A stretch of DNA of 64,000 nucleotides from an uncultured Verrucomicrobiae bacterium (lineage in GTDB: Bacteria > Verrucomicrobiota > Verrucomicrobiia > Chthoniobacterales > Chthoniobacteraceae): positions 1,312,001-1,376,000 of the forward strand of contig CAWIKF010000002.1 in the NCBI GenBank assembly GCA_963836755.1, given 5' to 3'. Numbering within the stretch: the stretch's first letter is position 1; every line of letters begins with the position of its first letter. Below are positions 1-10,430 of this stretch, in pieces. The translations under genes were made by a program, and so were the position numbers. The notes beneath the pieces were generated by a model. It was not told the DNA's origin. It did no database searches and was given only the letters and a program-made list of their open reading frames with translations.

Positions 1-5
1 GCATT

Positions 6-2333
6 TCAGAGCGACGGGAGCCGTTTCAAGCGCCATCCGGGCTTCGCGAGCGTGCCGTCGGCGACGTATTCGAGAAGTTTGCTCACGGGGAAGAGGAGCA
101 CGCCTGGCAATCCCTGCGCGTTGAGCCGGATGTTGAAATCGATTTTATCCTCGAGGAAAAAGATCCGCCCGCCGCCGAGCATGCTGAAGCCGCTCCCCTG
201 CACGAGAAAGTTCTGCGTCGAAATCACGCCGTCGCCCACCTCGAAGTTCGCGCCGGCGCGCCGCGCGGTGTTGTAGCCCATGCCGGGGACGATGGAATTG
301 AGGATGCCGGAAAGCGGGCCGAGCACCGGGATGGCGAAGACGTTGCCATTGACCACGGCGACCTGGCCGCGGCCTTGCAGCGTGCGCGCATCGTCGCCGC
401 GCCCGCGGAAGTCGAATGCGCCGCTGAGCAGGCCGCGCGAGTTTTGGTAGTTGAAATAAAGTTTCGTCAGGCTCTCGAAGTCAACATTTTCGGCGCTGAT
501 CTTCGCCGCGTATCCGGGCGAATCGCGCTTCAGCGAAATATCGGCGTTGCCCCGCAGTCGGCCCGCGTAAAGGGTTCCTGCGAGATCGGAGATTTGCAGC
601 CGCCCCTCGGTGAAGAGCAGATTTCCGCTCAAGCGCGGGAACGGCAGCACTTTTTTCAAAAACGTGTAATCCATCCCGCCTGGCGCGTTGACGGCGACGT
701 TGAGCTTCGTCCGGTCGGCGCCGACGTGGCCATTGAGGACGACATCGGGCGCGCCGCGGAATCGATACGGCGCGAGGTTGCGCGGCAGGCCGAGCCCGAT
801 CCAAGTGGCGACGTCGCCGACGTTGAGATGCGTGCGAATCTGGTCGAGCGACGCCTCGTGCTGCGCAAAATCGTAGCGAAACGTCCCGGTGCCGGTGCCC
901 TCGTCGCGCACGACTTTGAAATCCTCGAAGCTCACGACTTTATTTTTGACGCGCATCGTCGCGCTTGCGGAATTCAGCGGCACGCCGCGCAGGCGCGTGC
1001 GGCCGAGCTTCACCGCGCCGAGCGCTTCGCATTTGTCGATGTCCGGCGTCGGTCCGCTCGCCGCGAGATCGAAGTGCGGCGATTGCACGAAATCCCAGTC
1101 GCCGAGCAGCGTCGCGGCCGGGCCGGATAAAAGCGGGAGCAGCGTGCGCGGATCGAGCGTGCTCTGCAGACGCGCGCGGAAACTGCCGGGGACTTGCAAG
1201 GCATTCAGCGCGACCGCGCCGGTGCGATTGCGCAGCGAGAAATCCCGCACATACCAGCGCGCGCCGTCGTAGGAAAAACTCGCGGACGCTCCATCGAAGA
1301 CGACCGATTTGACGGCGAACTTTTTCAGCGACGCGCGGCCTGTGAGCTGGACCTTCATCGGATCGCCGGGCAGCGCCTGCGCGGAAATTTCCAGCGCGGG
1401 CGGATCGTAAAAAACCGCCTCGTCGAGCACGTGCGGCACGCGCAGCGAATGCGCGAGCCCTTGCAAATCGAGCGTCGAGCGCAACTGGCCGTCGGCGCGC
1501 TTCGTTGCGAAATCATACGACGCGCTCGCCTCCAGCTTTCCGCGCGCATCCGTCACCGTGCAGCGCGTGAGGCTGCAGACTGCCTCGCGATAACGCAGCG
1601 TCGCCAAAATGTTTTCGATCTGATAACCGCCGCGCCGGATGTTCTGCCCGGCGATCGTCGCCTCGGCGAAAAGCGTTGCCGGCTCCGCGAGATCGCCGCT
1701 GAACTCGATCTCGATCCGCGGCGGCGTCCCGAGAAAGCTGACGGTGCGCAATTCACTGAGGATGTCCGACAGCGTTTGTTGCCGCTGCGCCGATTGTGCG
1801 TTTGGACCGCCGTCCGACCCGATTTTCCACGCCTGCGGATTCAGCAGCCGCCCACGCGCAGAAACTTGGATGCCATAGACGCGCGCCTCCGCCTCGCTCA
1901 AGTAAAGCTGCTCCGGCGGCAGCAAAAGCCGCGCGTTCAACCGCGAAATTTCCACGCGTTCGCTGTCGGGATCGCCCGGGTCGAGCGGAAGCGCGAGATT
2001 GGCATCCTGCAAATCGACTGCGTTCAAAAACGGCCCGCCGCGGATGAGATTCGAGTAGTTCAGGTCAAGCACTACGCGATTGATGACAGCGACCGCGCGT
2101 CCCGGCCGCCGCGGATCAATGATCCGCACCTCGCGCGCGACCAGTCCGTGCAGCGGATCGAGCGTCAACCGCTGCATCGAGACGTCGACGCCGCGCTTGC
2201 GAAATTCCTGCGTGACCAGCGTGCGCCATTTCCGGCTGAAGCCGTGACTCGATGCGTAAAAGCCGAGCCAGAGCACCGTCGCGAACACGAGCGCGTAGAT
2301 GCATTGGATGAGTCGATGCAGCAGACGTCGCAT
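6..2333 (-). CDS. AsmA-like family envelope protein
   Basis: Long ORF with N-terminal TM anchor and beta-rich body; C-terminus GGGRIFFLEDKIDFNIR...LLEYVADGTLAKPGW resembles AsmA-like C-terminal region; start placed at ATG 2333. Confidence 0.7.
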   Translation of the reverse strand: MRRLLHRLIQCIYALVFATVLWLGFYASSHGFSRKWRTLVTQEFRKRGVDVSMQRLTLDPLHGLVAREVRIIDPRRPGRAVAVINRVVLDLNYSNLIRGGPFLNAVDLQDANLALPLDPGDPDSERVEISRLNARLLLPPEQLYLSEAEARVYGIQVSARGRLLNPQAWKIGSDGGPNAQSAQRQQTLSDILSELRTVSFLGTPPRIEIEFSGDLAEPATLFAEATIAGQNIRRGGYQIENILATLRYREAVCSLTRCTVTDARGKLEASASYDFATKRADGQLRSTLDLQGLAHSLRVPHVLDEAVFYDPPALEISAQALPGDPMKVQLTGRASLKKFAVKSVVFDGASASFSYDGARWYVRDFSLRNRTGAVALNALQVPGSFRARLQSTLDPRTLLPLLSGPAATLLGDWDFVQSPHFDLAASGPTPDIDKCEALGAVKLGRTRLRGVPLNSASATMRVKNKVVSFEDFKVVRDEGTGTGTFRYDFAQHEASLDQIRTHLNVGDVATWIGLGLPRNLAPYRFRGAPDVVLNGHVGADRTKLNVAVNAPGGMDYTFLKKVLPFPRLSGNLLFTEGRLQISDLAGTLYAGRLRGNADISLKRDSPGYAAKISAENVDFESLTKLYFNYQNSRGLLSGAFDFRGRGDDARTLQGRGQVAVVNGNVFAIPVLGPLSGILNSIVPGMGYNTARRAGANFEVGDGVISTQNFLVQGSGFSMLGGGRIFFLEDKIDFNIRLNAQGLPGVLLFPVSKLLEYVADGTLAKPGWRLKRLPSL

Positions 2334-2566
2334 GAGTGCGGCGAGAGTAACCGCACGCATCGCGCGCGGGAAGTTTTTCCGTCAGCGTGGTTCGTCCAAG
2401 CGGTCAGCCGCCGCTGGCAGGCATGCCTACTTTCAATCCCCGGCAAAGGCGGCGGCGCCTGATAAGACTCCGCATAAAAGCGGATGCCACAACTCGGACA
2501 ATGCGGGTAAGGCTGGAGCACGAGTGGCCCGCGACAGGCGCATTACACAGTTAGCATCGGTTGAAG

Positions 2567-3046
2567 TCAAAGTGTAGCTATAATCCTAGCCCGCTGTTGC
2601 TGGTATTCTTGTTCTGTGATCGATGAAGAACGCTTCATCTCGTCGAGACGTTTGAGTCGCTCCTCAGCCGTTGTGCCAGTCGGCTGCTTCTCCGCGCGCA
2701 ATCCCTCGGCGATGGCTCCTGCAACCGTGCCAACTCCAGACCGTGTCTCGGCTGCGACGTAGTTAAAGCTATCCGCCGCCACAGGTGCAGTCTCGGCAGC
2801 GGAATACCGCGCCGCTGCTCCCATGTAGCCAACCATGCAACATACTGCACCGAAAAATAGGAATGGCATTCCGACAAAGATGCACCAGAAAAGGTGCGGT
2901 GATTGAAAGCTATTCGCCGCCGAAAAGAAGTCGCCCAAACCGATTACAATAAATAGCGCGCCTATCGCTAAAAGAAAAGGCCCAGCTACTCGTAATAGCG
3001 AGCGGAGTCGTCCATGGTAAGGAGCTGCGATGGAGTTTGATTTCAT
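2567..3046 (-). CDS. Two-TM membrane protein with C-terminal SHOCT domain (cassette-like)
   Basis: Two hydrophobic helices; C-terminal EERLKRLDEMKRSSSITEQEYQQQRARII matches SHOCT pattern; ATG 16 nt after an attC-like end. Confidence 0.7.
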   Translation of the reverse strand: MKSNSIAAPYHGRLRSLLRVAGPFLLAIGALFIVIGLGDFFSAANSFQSPHLFWCIFVGMPFLFFGAVCCMVGYMGAAARYSAAETAPVAADSFNYVAAETRSGVGTVAGAIAEGLRAEKQPTGTTAEERLKRLDEMKRSSSITEQEYQQQRARIIATL

Positions 3047-3061
3047 AGGGTGAGATGGATT

Positions 3062-3092
3062 GGATAACGAGAACAAGATGAGCTATAGGCGG
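3062..3092 (-). repeat. attC right-arm remnant of the same family as the 29-kb array
   Basis: Minus strand GCCTATAGCTCATCTTGTTCTCGTTATCC vs GCCTGTAGCTGATCTTGTTCTCGTTAGGC at 29559-29587 (25/29 identical). Confidence 0.75.
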
Positions 3093-3778
3093 CCAGGCAT
3101 TTGACTGGTTTGCGACTGGCGTTCTTCGCTGGGAACTCCTAGGATGCCCAGGCCCTTTAATCGCGCGAAGATACCTTCGGAAGCAGCAGGTAAAAGGTGT
3201 GCAGGTAGTTTCGCCAACTGCAGTGCAAGCTCTGGTCCCGATGCAGCGCCGGAAGCCTCCAAAGCCTTCATCGCATACAACAATGCTCCCATGCTGTGGT
3301 CGCCCATGTGCGCGGTGGCGACAGCCTGCCCGGCAGCGCGGGCCGCTGCGATCGCGGCCTTGTCGGTGGCTTCCCGCGCTGCTGCGTGAGCAGCCAATGA
3401 CGCCTTCATCGCCACGCCTGTCTTGACTTCGCCGTTCGCCCAGGCGCGGCATACTTCCAAGGCGTTCCTTGGCCGAATGTCGTCGCACTGACGGGTGAAA
3501 AGGTGCAACACGCGCTCGGCACAATCTGCTGCCCATCGCGCAAGAAAGCGGTGACTCTCGCGATCAAGCAAGCCGCCTCGATGAACGGCTACAAATCGTC
3601 GGTCTCGCGAGGGAGTGACGATGCGCGATTGGGCTGACACACCGATCCGGCCGGCTGGCATTGACCTACGCCTCGTAGTCCGTGTCGGCATAAGCGGTAG
3701 AATGGTTGGCGCATTTGCCCGGTCAAGAAGAAAGGGTTGCTGTGGAAACCGAACGGCGCCGGCTTCCATGCGCATCAC
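3083..3778 (-). CDS. Putative immunity protein (Imm5-like); true start probably near 3620-3660
   Basis: RFVAVHRGG...LARWAADCAERVL...DIRPRNALE...AARAAGQAVATAHMGDH is typical of this Ala-rich helical family. Confidence 0.7.
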   Translation of the reverse strand: MMRMEAGAVRFPQQPFLLDRANAPTILPLMPTRTTRRRSMPAGRIGVSAQSRIVTPSRDRRFVAVHRGGLLDRESHRFLARWAADCAERVLHLFTRQCDDIRPRNALEVCRAWANGEVKTGVAMKASLAAHAAAREATDKAAIAAARAAGQAVATAHMGDHSMGALLYAMKALEASGAASGPELALQLAKLPAHLLPAASEGIFARLKGLGILGVPSEERQSQTSQMPGRL

Positions 3779-3829
3779 GGCAACTTTCGGCTCCTAGTCG
3801 CGCGCGGAAGGAGCCTGAGACTGTAGCAA

Positions 3830-4132
3830 GGCATTTTGGCACTCCAGATGAGCGTTTTCAGCTGCAGAACGGCGTCTGGCCTCTCCAGATGAGAATTTGA
3901 AGCTTTAAAAAGGCGTCTGGCCTCTCCAGATGAGAATTTGAAGCTTCAAAATGGCGTCTGGCCGCTCCAGATGAGAATTTGTGGCTTCAAAAAGCCGTCT
4001 GGCCGCTCCAGATGAGAATTTGTGGCTTCAAAATGCCGTCTGGCCGCGCCAGATGAGAATTTGAAGCTTCAAAAAGCCGTCTGGCCGCGCCAGATGCTGT
4101 TTTGAAGTCCCGGATTGGCATCTGGACGCTCC
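3830..4132. repeat. 41-bp tandem repeat, about 7.4 copies, two hairpins per unit
   Basis: Units start at 3830, 3871, 3912, 3953, 3994, 4035, 4076, 4117; consensus G(G/C)CGTCTGGCC(T/G)CTCCAGATGAGAATTTGAAGCTTCAAAA(A/T). Confidence 0.95.
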
Positions 4133-4324
4133 GCGGACAATCGGGAAGGCTCAGACGAATGGCCACAGGGCCATCATCCAGAGCCTGCGCGCCGATAGTG
4201 TCTCCTTTAAATGCCAGAATCTGTCCCGACCCGAAGGCGGTTCGAGATGCTGATTCTTCCCCACTTTCCGGCAGAATATATTTCCTCCATCCGCTTCGGC
4301 AGCTAGATATGTGGCCGTGCGTCT

Positions 4325-5119
4325 ATGACTGAGTATCTCGATCTCCTCCGCCTGGTGCTGGAAAAGGGGCGGCCAAAAGGCGACCGCACCGGCACCGGAA
4401 CGCATTCGGTTTTTGGCGCGCAGGCGCGGTTCGATCTGCGGGAAAAGTTCCCGCTTTTGACCACGAAGAAGCTGCATCTCAAATCGATCATCCATGAGCT
4501 GCTCTGGTTTTTGCGCGGTGAAACAAATGTAAAATATCTGCGCGAGCGGGGCGTGACGATTTGGGACGAATGGGCGGACGCGAACGGCGACCTCGGCCCG
4601 GTGTATGGCGCGCAATGGCGCGGTTGGCGTGCCGCGGATGGGCGGGTGATCGATCAGATCGCGTGGGTGATCGGCGAGATTCGCAGGAATCCGGAGAGCC
4701 GCCGCTTGATCGTGAGCGCGTGGAATGTCGGCGAGCTCTCGCGGATGGCGCTGCCGCCGTGTCATCTGCTGTTCCAGTTTTTCGTGCAGGATGGCGAGCT
4801 CAGCTGCCAGCTTTACCAGCGGAGCGCGGATTTGTTTCTCGGCGTGCCGTTCAATCTCGCGAGCTACGCGCTGCTGACGATGATGGTGGCGCAGGTGTGC
4901 GGGCTGCGCGCTGGGGATTTCGTGCAGACGTTTGGCGATTTGCACTTGTATGACAATCATCGCGAACAGGCGCGGGAACAGCTTTCGCGAGCGCCGCGCC
5001 CGCTGCCGGTGATGCGGCTGAACCCGGCGGTGCGGGAGATCGATGATTTCAAATTCGAAGACTTCGAGCTGTGCGGCTACGATCCGCATCCGGCGATCAA
5101 GGCGCCGATCGCGGTTTGA
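4325..5119 (+). CDS. thyA: Thymidylate synthase
   Basis: [38 protein letters not shown] motifs; 264 aa. Confidence 0.98.
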   Translation: MTEYLDLLRLVLEKGRPKGDRTGTGTHSVFGAQARFDLREKFPLLTTKKLHLKSIIHELLWFLRGETNVKYLRERGVTIWDEWADANGDLGPVYGAQWRGWRAADGRVIDQIAWVIGEIRRNPESRRLIVSAWNVGELSRMALPPCHLLFQFFVQDGELSCQLYQRSADLFLGVPFNLASYALLTMMVAQVCGLRAGDFVQTFGDLHLYDNHREQAREQLSRAPRPLPVMRLNPAVREIDDFKFEDFELCGYDPHPAIKAPIAV

Positions 5120-5565
5120 AGGCGATCGCCGCGATGTCCCTCAATCGCGTGATCGGGCGCGGCGGCAAAATCCCGTGGCATCTGCCGGCGGATTTCCGCT
5201 TTTTTAAACAAACGACGCTGGGTTGCGTGGTGCTGATGGGGCGCAAAACTTTCGAGTCGCTGGGGCGCCCGCTGCCGGGTCGCACGAATGTGGTGCTCTC
5301 GCGAAGCGGCTCCATTGCTGGCGTGGAGACGATTCGCAGCCTGGCGGACTTTGATCCGGCGCGCTACGCGAGCGAGGTTTTCGTGATCGGCGGCGCGGAG
5401 GTCTACGCGCAACTTTTACCGCGGTGCTCGGAGCTTTTTCTCAGCGTCGTGCTGCGCGAAGTGGAGGGCGACGCGTTGTTCCCGCCGTTCGAGGAGCTGT
5501 TCGAGTTCGCCGGCGTGATCGAGGCGCACGCGGAGTTTGAGGTGCGCCGCTACTGCAGGCGATAA
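5116..5565 (+). CDS. folA: Dihydrofolate reductase
   Basis: [40 protein letters not shown] motifs; TTG start overlaps thyA stop. Confidence 0.95.
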   Translation: MKAIAAMSLNRVIGRGGKIPWHLPADFRFFKQTTLGCVVLMGRKTFESLGRPLPGRTNVVLSRSGSIAGVETIRSLADFDPARYASEVFVIGGAEVYAQLLPRCSELFLSVVLREVEGDALFPPFEELFEFAGVIEAHAEFEVRRYCRR

Positions 5566-7058
5566 ACGGCGAGGCCGGGGTGCAGGTAGATGACGGTGCC
5601 GCGCGGTCGGGACCAAAGTTTTTCGCCGCGCGCGAAGAGCTCATCGTAAAACGCGCGACGCTGCTCGTATTCGCCGCGATACTCGACGCGCGCTTTGCCG
5701 GCGCGGCGGAAGTAGCGGCCGTAGTCGCTCTCGGACGCGACGAAATAGTTGACGCCATCGCGCTTTAACTGACTGAAATCGTCGAAGTCCTTTTTGTTTT
5801 CGATCACGCGCTGCGGGATCGGCTGCTGCCACGGGAGTCGGCTCGGCCGCGCCGCGACGGGGAGGTCGGCATGGTCATCCTGCGCGATGAGCGCGTGCGC
5901 AGGAAGCTGCGCGAGAATCCACGCCGTCAGCTCGCGGCGGTCATCGTGCGCAAAGGCGACGGCGTATTTGACGAGGCTGAAAAGCTGGCACGCCGCGGCG
6001 ATGGCGAAACAGGTGGCGAGCGCGACCCGCGTGGAGATTTTCCTGCCGAAAAACTCTGCCGCCGCGACGAGGCCGAATGCAGCGTCGAGGGCAAAAAGTC
6101 CGGTCGCGGGGAGGAGGTAGCGGTCGTTCGATTTCGGCGAGCAGGCGAGCATGAGGAGATAGGCGAAGGGGAAAACAGCGACCGTCCATTCCATGAAATC
6201 GAGGCTGCGGCGGTCGCGCCAAACTTTGACGAGGAAGCACGCGAGGAAAAGCCAGAGCGCGACGTTCATGTTCTGCGCGAGGATGGAAAAGTATTCAGTG
6301 TTTGGGATGGTGTGCGTCATCCCGCGCTGCCCCTGCGCGGCGAGCGCGACCTCGCGATGAAACGATTGTTTAAACTCGGTGAAATTCGCGAAAAGTGGGT
6401 AATTCGCGCACGCTGCGACTAGCACGAAAGCCGCGAGAAAAATCGCGAAGACGCCACCGCGCGATCCGCGCGGAGCGCGCCACAACGCAGGCAGCGCGGG
6501 GATGAGGAGGACGGCGCCGATGTATTTCGCGGACAGGGCGAGCGCGCACGCGACGCCGAGAAATGCGGCAGCTGCCAGGGACTTTTTTGCGCAGAAAATC
6601 TGCAGCGCGAGAAACGTCAGCGCGACGCCCATGAAGAGCGCGGCGTCTTCCTTGAAATAATGCGCGAGCTCGAAGACTTGGTGATGCAGACCGACGAAAA
6701 GCGCGGCGGCGGCGAAGGCGAGGGGGCCACGCATCCGCCACGCGAGCAGCGCGAGCGCTGACGCGCCGGCTGCGCTGTAAATCGCGGAGAGCCAGCGGCC
6801 GGCGATGACGATGTGCTGCGGGTCGCGTGGCACGCGAAGGGCCGTCACCACTGCTTTCGCGGCCACTAGCATCATCGCGGGATGATGAAAATTCCATTTG
6901 TCCTGCAGGATTTGCGCGACTTTATCCGGCTCGTCCGGATGGTAAAAAAACGGGAAATCGTTGTGCCGCGTGTAGAGCCAAATGAGCGCGGCGAAAAGGA
7001 GCAGCGCGCACGGGACGCGGAATTTTTCCAGCGCGGCGCGCTCTGCCTGCGCGGCCAT
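5550..7058 (-). CDS. GT-C fold (ArnT/PMT-like, GT39-type) membrane glycosyltransferase
   Basis: HPDE motif after first TM, many TM helices, RYLLP motif. Confidence 0.8.
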   Translation of the reverse strand: MAAQAERAALEKFRVPCALLLFAALIWLYTRHNDFPFFYHPDEPDKVAQILQDKWNFHHPAMMLVAAKAVVTALRVPRDPQHIVIAGRWLSAIYSAAGASALALLAWRMRGPLAFAAAALFVGLHHQVFELAHYFKEDAALFMGVALTFLALQIFCAKKSLAAAAFLGVACALALSAKYIGAVLLIPALPALWRAPRGSRGGVFAIFLAAFVLVAACANYPLFANFTEFKQSFHREVALAAQGQRGMTHTIPNTEYFSILAQNMNVALWLFLACFLVKVWRDRRSLDFMEWTVAVFPFAYLLMLACSPKSNDRYLLPATGLFALDAAFGLVAAAEFFGRKISTRVALATCFAIAAACQLFSLVKYAVAFAHDDRRELTAWILAQLPAHALIAQDDHADLPVAARPSRLPWQQPIPQRVIENKKDFDDFSQLKRDGVNYFVASESDYGRYFRRAGKARVEYRGEYEQRRAFYDELFARGEKLWSRPRGTVIYLHPGLAVYRLQ

Positions 7059-7943
7059 TTACAGCTTCATGCGCTGGTCGATCAGGTCGGCGAGCAGCCC
7101 GATGAAAAGCATCTGAATTCCGGTCAGCACGAGCAGGATCGAGAGCAGGCCGAGACGGCCGCCAGTGCCGTGATGAAACAGATCCGCGTAGTCGATGATG
7201 CCTTTGAGAATGCCGAGAAACATCATCAGGATCGCGGGCGGGACGAAGACGTTGAGCGGCTTGAAATACGCGCAGATGCGGATGATGAGGATCGTGAAAT
7301 TCACCGTGTCGCGGATCGGGTGAATGGTCGAGGTGCCGACACGTCGATGGTAGTTGATCGACAAGAATTTCACGCGGTAATGGTTCGTCAGCATCGCGAG
7401 CGTGATCGTGGTGGTGAACGAAAAACCGTCGGGATAAAGGGAGAGAAAGCGGAGCGCGACGTCTTTGCGAAATACGCGCAGGCCGGAGTTCAGATCGGGA
7501 ATTTCCTGCTGGCTCAAATACTCCGCAAGCCGCGTGATTAGCCACTTCGCGGGCCGGCGCAGCAGCGGGATTTGCACGACCGCGCCGGTGCGCGCGCCGA
7601 CGACCATGTCGAAGTTTGGCGCGTCGGCCATGAGGCGCGGGATTTCCTCGAGCGGGTAAGTGCCGTCCGCGTCCGCGATTAAAATATAGTCGTGCTTCGC
7701 GCGCGCCATGCCGCTTTTCAAGCCGGCGCCGTAGCCGCGATTGACCGGATGCTCGATGAGTGTGACCGGCAGTGTGCGCGCGATTTCGCCAGTGCGATCT
7801 TTTGATCCGTCGTTGATGACGACGATCTCGAGATCCTTGAAATGCGAGCGCTGCTGCGCGATGAGCTCGACTGTGGACTTGATCGATTCCGCTTCGTTGT
7901 AAGCGGGGATGAGGATGCTGACGGAAAGCTCGGAAACGTCCAT
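7059..7943 (-). CDS. GT2 polyprenyl-phosphate glycosyltransferase (DPM1/GtrB-like)
   Basis: IPAYNE, NDGSKD, NRGYG, DADGTY motifs; two C-terminal TMs. Confidence 0.92.
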   Translation of the reverse strand: MDVSELSVSILIPAYNEAESIKSTVELIAQQRSHFKDLEIVVINDGSKDRTGEIARTLPVTLIEHPVNRGYGAGLKSGMARAKHDYILIADADGTYPLEEIPRLMADAPNFDMVVGARTGAVVQIPLLRRPAKWLITRLAEYLSQQEIPDLNSGLRVFRKDVALRFLSLYPDGFSFTTTITLAMLTNHYRVKFLSINYHRRVGTSTIHPIRDTVNFTILIIRICAYFKPLNVFVPPAILMMFLGILKGIIDYADLFHHGTGGRLGLLSILLVLTGIQMLFIGLLADLIDQRMKL

Positions 7944-7953
7944 GCGACGATGT

Positions 7954-9459
7954 TTAAACGGGCTGCGCGGGATTCACAGAATTTTCTGGCCAGCGCTTTT
8001 GGATCAGGCCGGCAAGCCAGAAGATGAAGGCGATGAGCGTGCTGGCAAGTGTCCAGAACATGATCGGCACCGCTGGCAGCAGGTAGCGGTCGAGGGGGCG
8101 GCCGACGGTCGAGAGAAGGATGAGCGTGAAATAAAACATTGCCGCGCAGCCGAGCCACCAGATCTGGCGCGTGCCCCGCGAAAAATAAATCCAAAATGGC
8201 AGGAAGAGCGCCGTCAAAAATACGGGCGCAATGTAGAAGAGCCACGCCTCGCGGACGCGATGCCGATAAAAGTCGAATTGATGTTTGTCGAGCCGCTGCT
8301 CCATGACCTCGATGACATGCGCGGGCTGCATGTAGGGATCAGCGTGCGTGTAACTTTTCATCGTCCTCTCCGTCGAAGCGACGTCCGAGACGGTCGGCGA
8401 TTGATGCGGGAATGCGCATTTGAAAAGGAGTTTGTGGAGATCGGAAAGCACCTGCTTCGTGTAAGCGAGCTTGTGCGCCATGATCCCCTCGATCGCGAGA
8501 TTGCGGCAGAGCCGGTTCAAGTCGGAGGGAGTTTTGCCGAGGTGTGAAATATACGTGTTGAGCTTCGGCACGATCGTGATTTTGAGGACGAGGTTGTTGT
8601 TCAACGCCGGCAGCTGCCGGTAATCAAGCACGTCCTGCGCGATCAGCGCCTTTGCCTCGGGTGCGATGCCGCCGTCGAGCACCGTGAACTGCGCGGTGCG
8701 GCCGTAAAGGAGGATGCCGCTTTGCGGAGCCGCCGGCCGATGCATGAACCAATGACGCGAAACTTTTTCAGCAGCGATCGGCAGCGCGAATGCGATGAGA
8801 AAAATTCCGATTTGCAGCGCGGCGATTTTCGGCTGCTTGCGAAAATACCACGCGTGCAGCGCGATCAGGACGAGCGGGAAGGGAGCAAAGACGGCCTTTG
8901 TCAGTTGCATCAATCCCGTCGCCAATCCCGTCAGCCAAAGCCAGTGCGGCTGCTCGCGATCGAGCGCTACAAACCACGAGGCGAGAATGATCGACGCGAA
9001 GAAAAAGAGCAGCGTCTCGTTTCGCACCAAATGCTCCAGCGAGAGCGGCAGCGAGTAGACCGCATAACCCCAGCCGCACAAGCCGACGAGCAGAATTGCG
9101 CGTCGCCCGTGCAACATGCGCAGCACGATTGCCGCGCAAAGAATCGCGACGCCGCCGAGGATGTGCTGCGTGATCATCAACGCGTCCATCGTGCCGAAGA
9201 TTTTCAAGCAGGCCGCGATCAGCAGCGAATAGACCGGGCCACGCCGCGGATCGGTTTCCCAGACGCCGGTGTGCATCCATTGAAAGGCGCTGCCGATATA
9301 CGATCCGGCGTCGCGCGACCAAAGAATCGTCGGCACCAAATGGATGAGATAGGCGCGGATGCCAAAGATGATCGCGAAAAGCAAAATCCAGACGACGATC
9401 TCCAGTGCGCGCGGCGGCGCGACGAGGAAGCGGCGGACTTTTTCTGCAGTGGCTTTCAT
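7954..9459 (-). CDS. Multi-TM GT-C-like protein, paralog 1
   Basis: Acidic residue after TM1 (SRDAGSY), QHILG, EHLVRNE, RYLLP; paralogous to ORFs at 10431 and 12096. Confidence 0.65.
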   Translation of the reverse strand: MKATAEKVRRFLVAPPRALEIVVWILLFAIIFGIRAYLIHLVPTILWSRDAGSYIGSAFQWMHTGVWETDPRRGPVYSLLIAACLKIFGTMDALMITQHILGGVAILCAAIVLRMLHGRRAILLVGLCGWGYAVYSLPLSLEHLVRNETLLFFFASIILASWFVALDREQPHWLWLTGLATGLMQLTKAVFAPFPLVLIALHAWYFRKQPKIAALQIGIFLIAFALPIAAEKVSRHWFMHRPAAPQSGILLYGRTAQFTVLDGGIAPEAKALIAQDVLDYRQLPALNNNLVLKITIVPKLNTYISHLGKTPSDLNRLCRNLAIEGIMAHKLAYTKQVLSDLHKLLFKCAFPHQSPTVSDVASTERTMKSYTHADPYMQPAHVIEVMEQRLDKHQFDFYRHRVREAWLFYIAPVFLTALFLPFWIYFSRGTRQIWWLGCAAMFYFTLILLSTVGRPLDRYLLPAVPIMFWTLASTLIAFIFWLAGLIQKRWPENSVNPAQPV

Positions 9460-10397
9460 GACCGCGACTCCCGCGGAGTGTCGTCAAAGTCCCGCATGCG
9501 CAAAAAGAATTGCTCGCGGTTATAGCGCACGATCGTGTCCAGGATGAACCCGCACACCACACTCAGCGCCGCCAGCAAATCAAGGCCGGTCGCGAGAATC
9601 GCGAGCGGCACGTGATAGACATAGCGATAGCGAAGATAGTCGGTGACTGGAAACAAGCCGACGAGGATCGAAAGCAGGAAGAGCAGAATCGCAATGACGC
9701 CAAAGAAACGGAGTGGCTTAAAATCTTTGACGACATTCACAATGACGCGCAGCACGCGAAAGCCATCCTGAAATGTGTTCAGCTTTGAAAAAGAACCTTC
9801 CGGCCGACTGCGGAAGTCAATGTCCACATCGCGCTGAACGAAGCCTTTGTCGATAGTCTGGATGGATAACTCGGTTTCTACTTCAAAGCCTGTCGCGAGC
9901 ATCGGAATGTTTTTATAGAAGGCGCGAGTAAATAAACGGTATCCCGAGAAGAGGTCGCCGCACGAAGCGTGAAAAATAGTCTCGATAAGTTTGGCGAGCG
10001 CATCGTTGGCCCAAGTATGAGTAGTCTTGAAAGCAGCCTGTTCACTGCTAACGCGCCGTCCCACCACCGTGTCTCCACCTTCTTTCTCAACGGCCGCGAC
10101 TAACTTTACTCCCTCTTCCGCCGGATAAGTGTCGTCGCCATCCACCATGATGAGATAGTCTGAATCGCACTCGCGAAAAAGTCGCTGGACTGCATAGCCT
10201 TTGCCTTTCCGGGACTCAGTGATCACCTCTGCTCCCGCCGCGCGAGCGATGGCGGATGTGGCATCTTTGCTTGCATTATCGATGACAAGGATTCGCGCAG
10301 CAGGAAATATGCGGCGGAAATCCTCGACGACTTTTTTGATCGTCAACTCTTCGTTGTAGCACGGGATCCCGATGGTAAGAGACTTGGAGGAACTCAT
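9456..10397 (-). CDS. GT2 polyprenyl-phosphate glycosyltransferase
   Basis: IPCYNEE, DNASKD, GKG, DGDDTYP, SGYR motifs; C-terminal TMs. Confidence 0.92.
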   Translation of the reverse strand: MSSSKSLTIGIPCYNEELTIKKVVEDFRRIFPAARILVIDNASKDATSAIARAAGAEVITESRKGKGYAVQRLFRECDSDYLIMVDGDDTYPAEEGVKLVAAVEKEGGDTVVGRRVSSEQAAFKTTHTWANDALAKLIETIFHASCGDLFSGYRLFTRAFYKNIPMLATGFEVETELSIQTIDKGFVQRDVDIDFRSRPEGSFSKLNTFQDGFRVLRVIVNVVKDFKPLRFFGVIAILLFLLSILVGLFPVTDYLRYRYVYHVPLAILATGLDLLAALSVVCGFILDTIVRYNREQFFLRMRDFDDTPRESRS

Positions 10398-10430
10398 GGT
10401 TCGGCGTCAAGGTTCTCGAGTAAACAACGA

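Noticed and set aside
3830..4132. CRISPR array
   Set aside because: Units are contiguous near-identical 41-mers with no unique spacers, and no cas genes are in the window.
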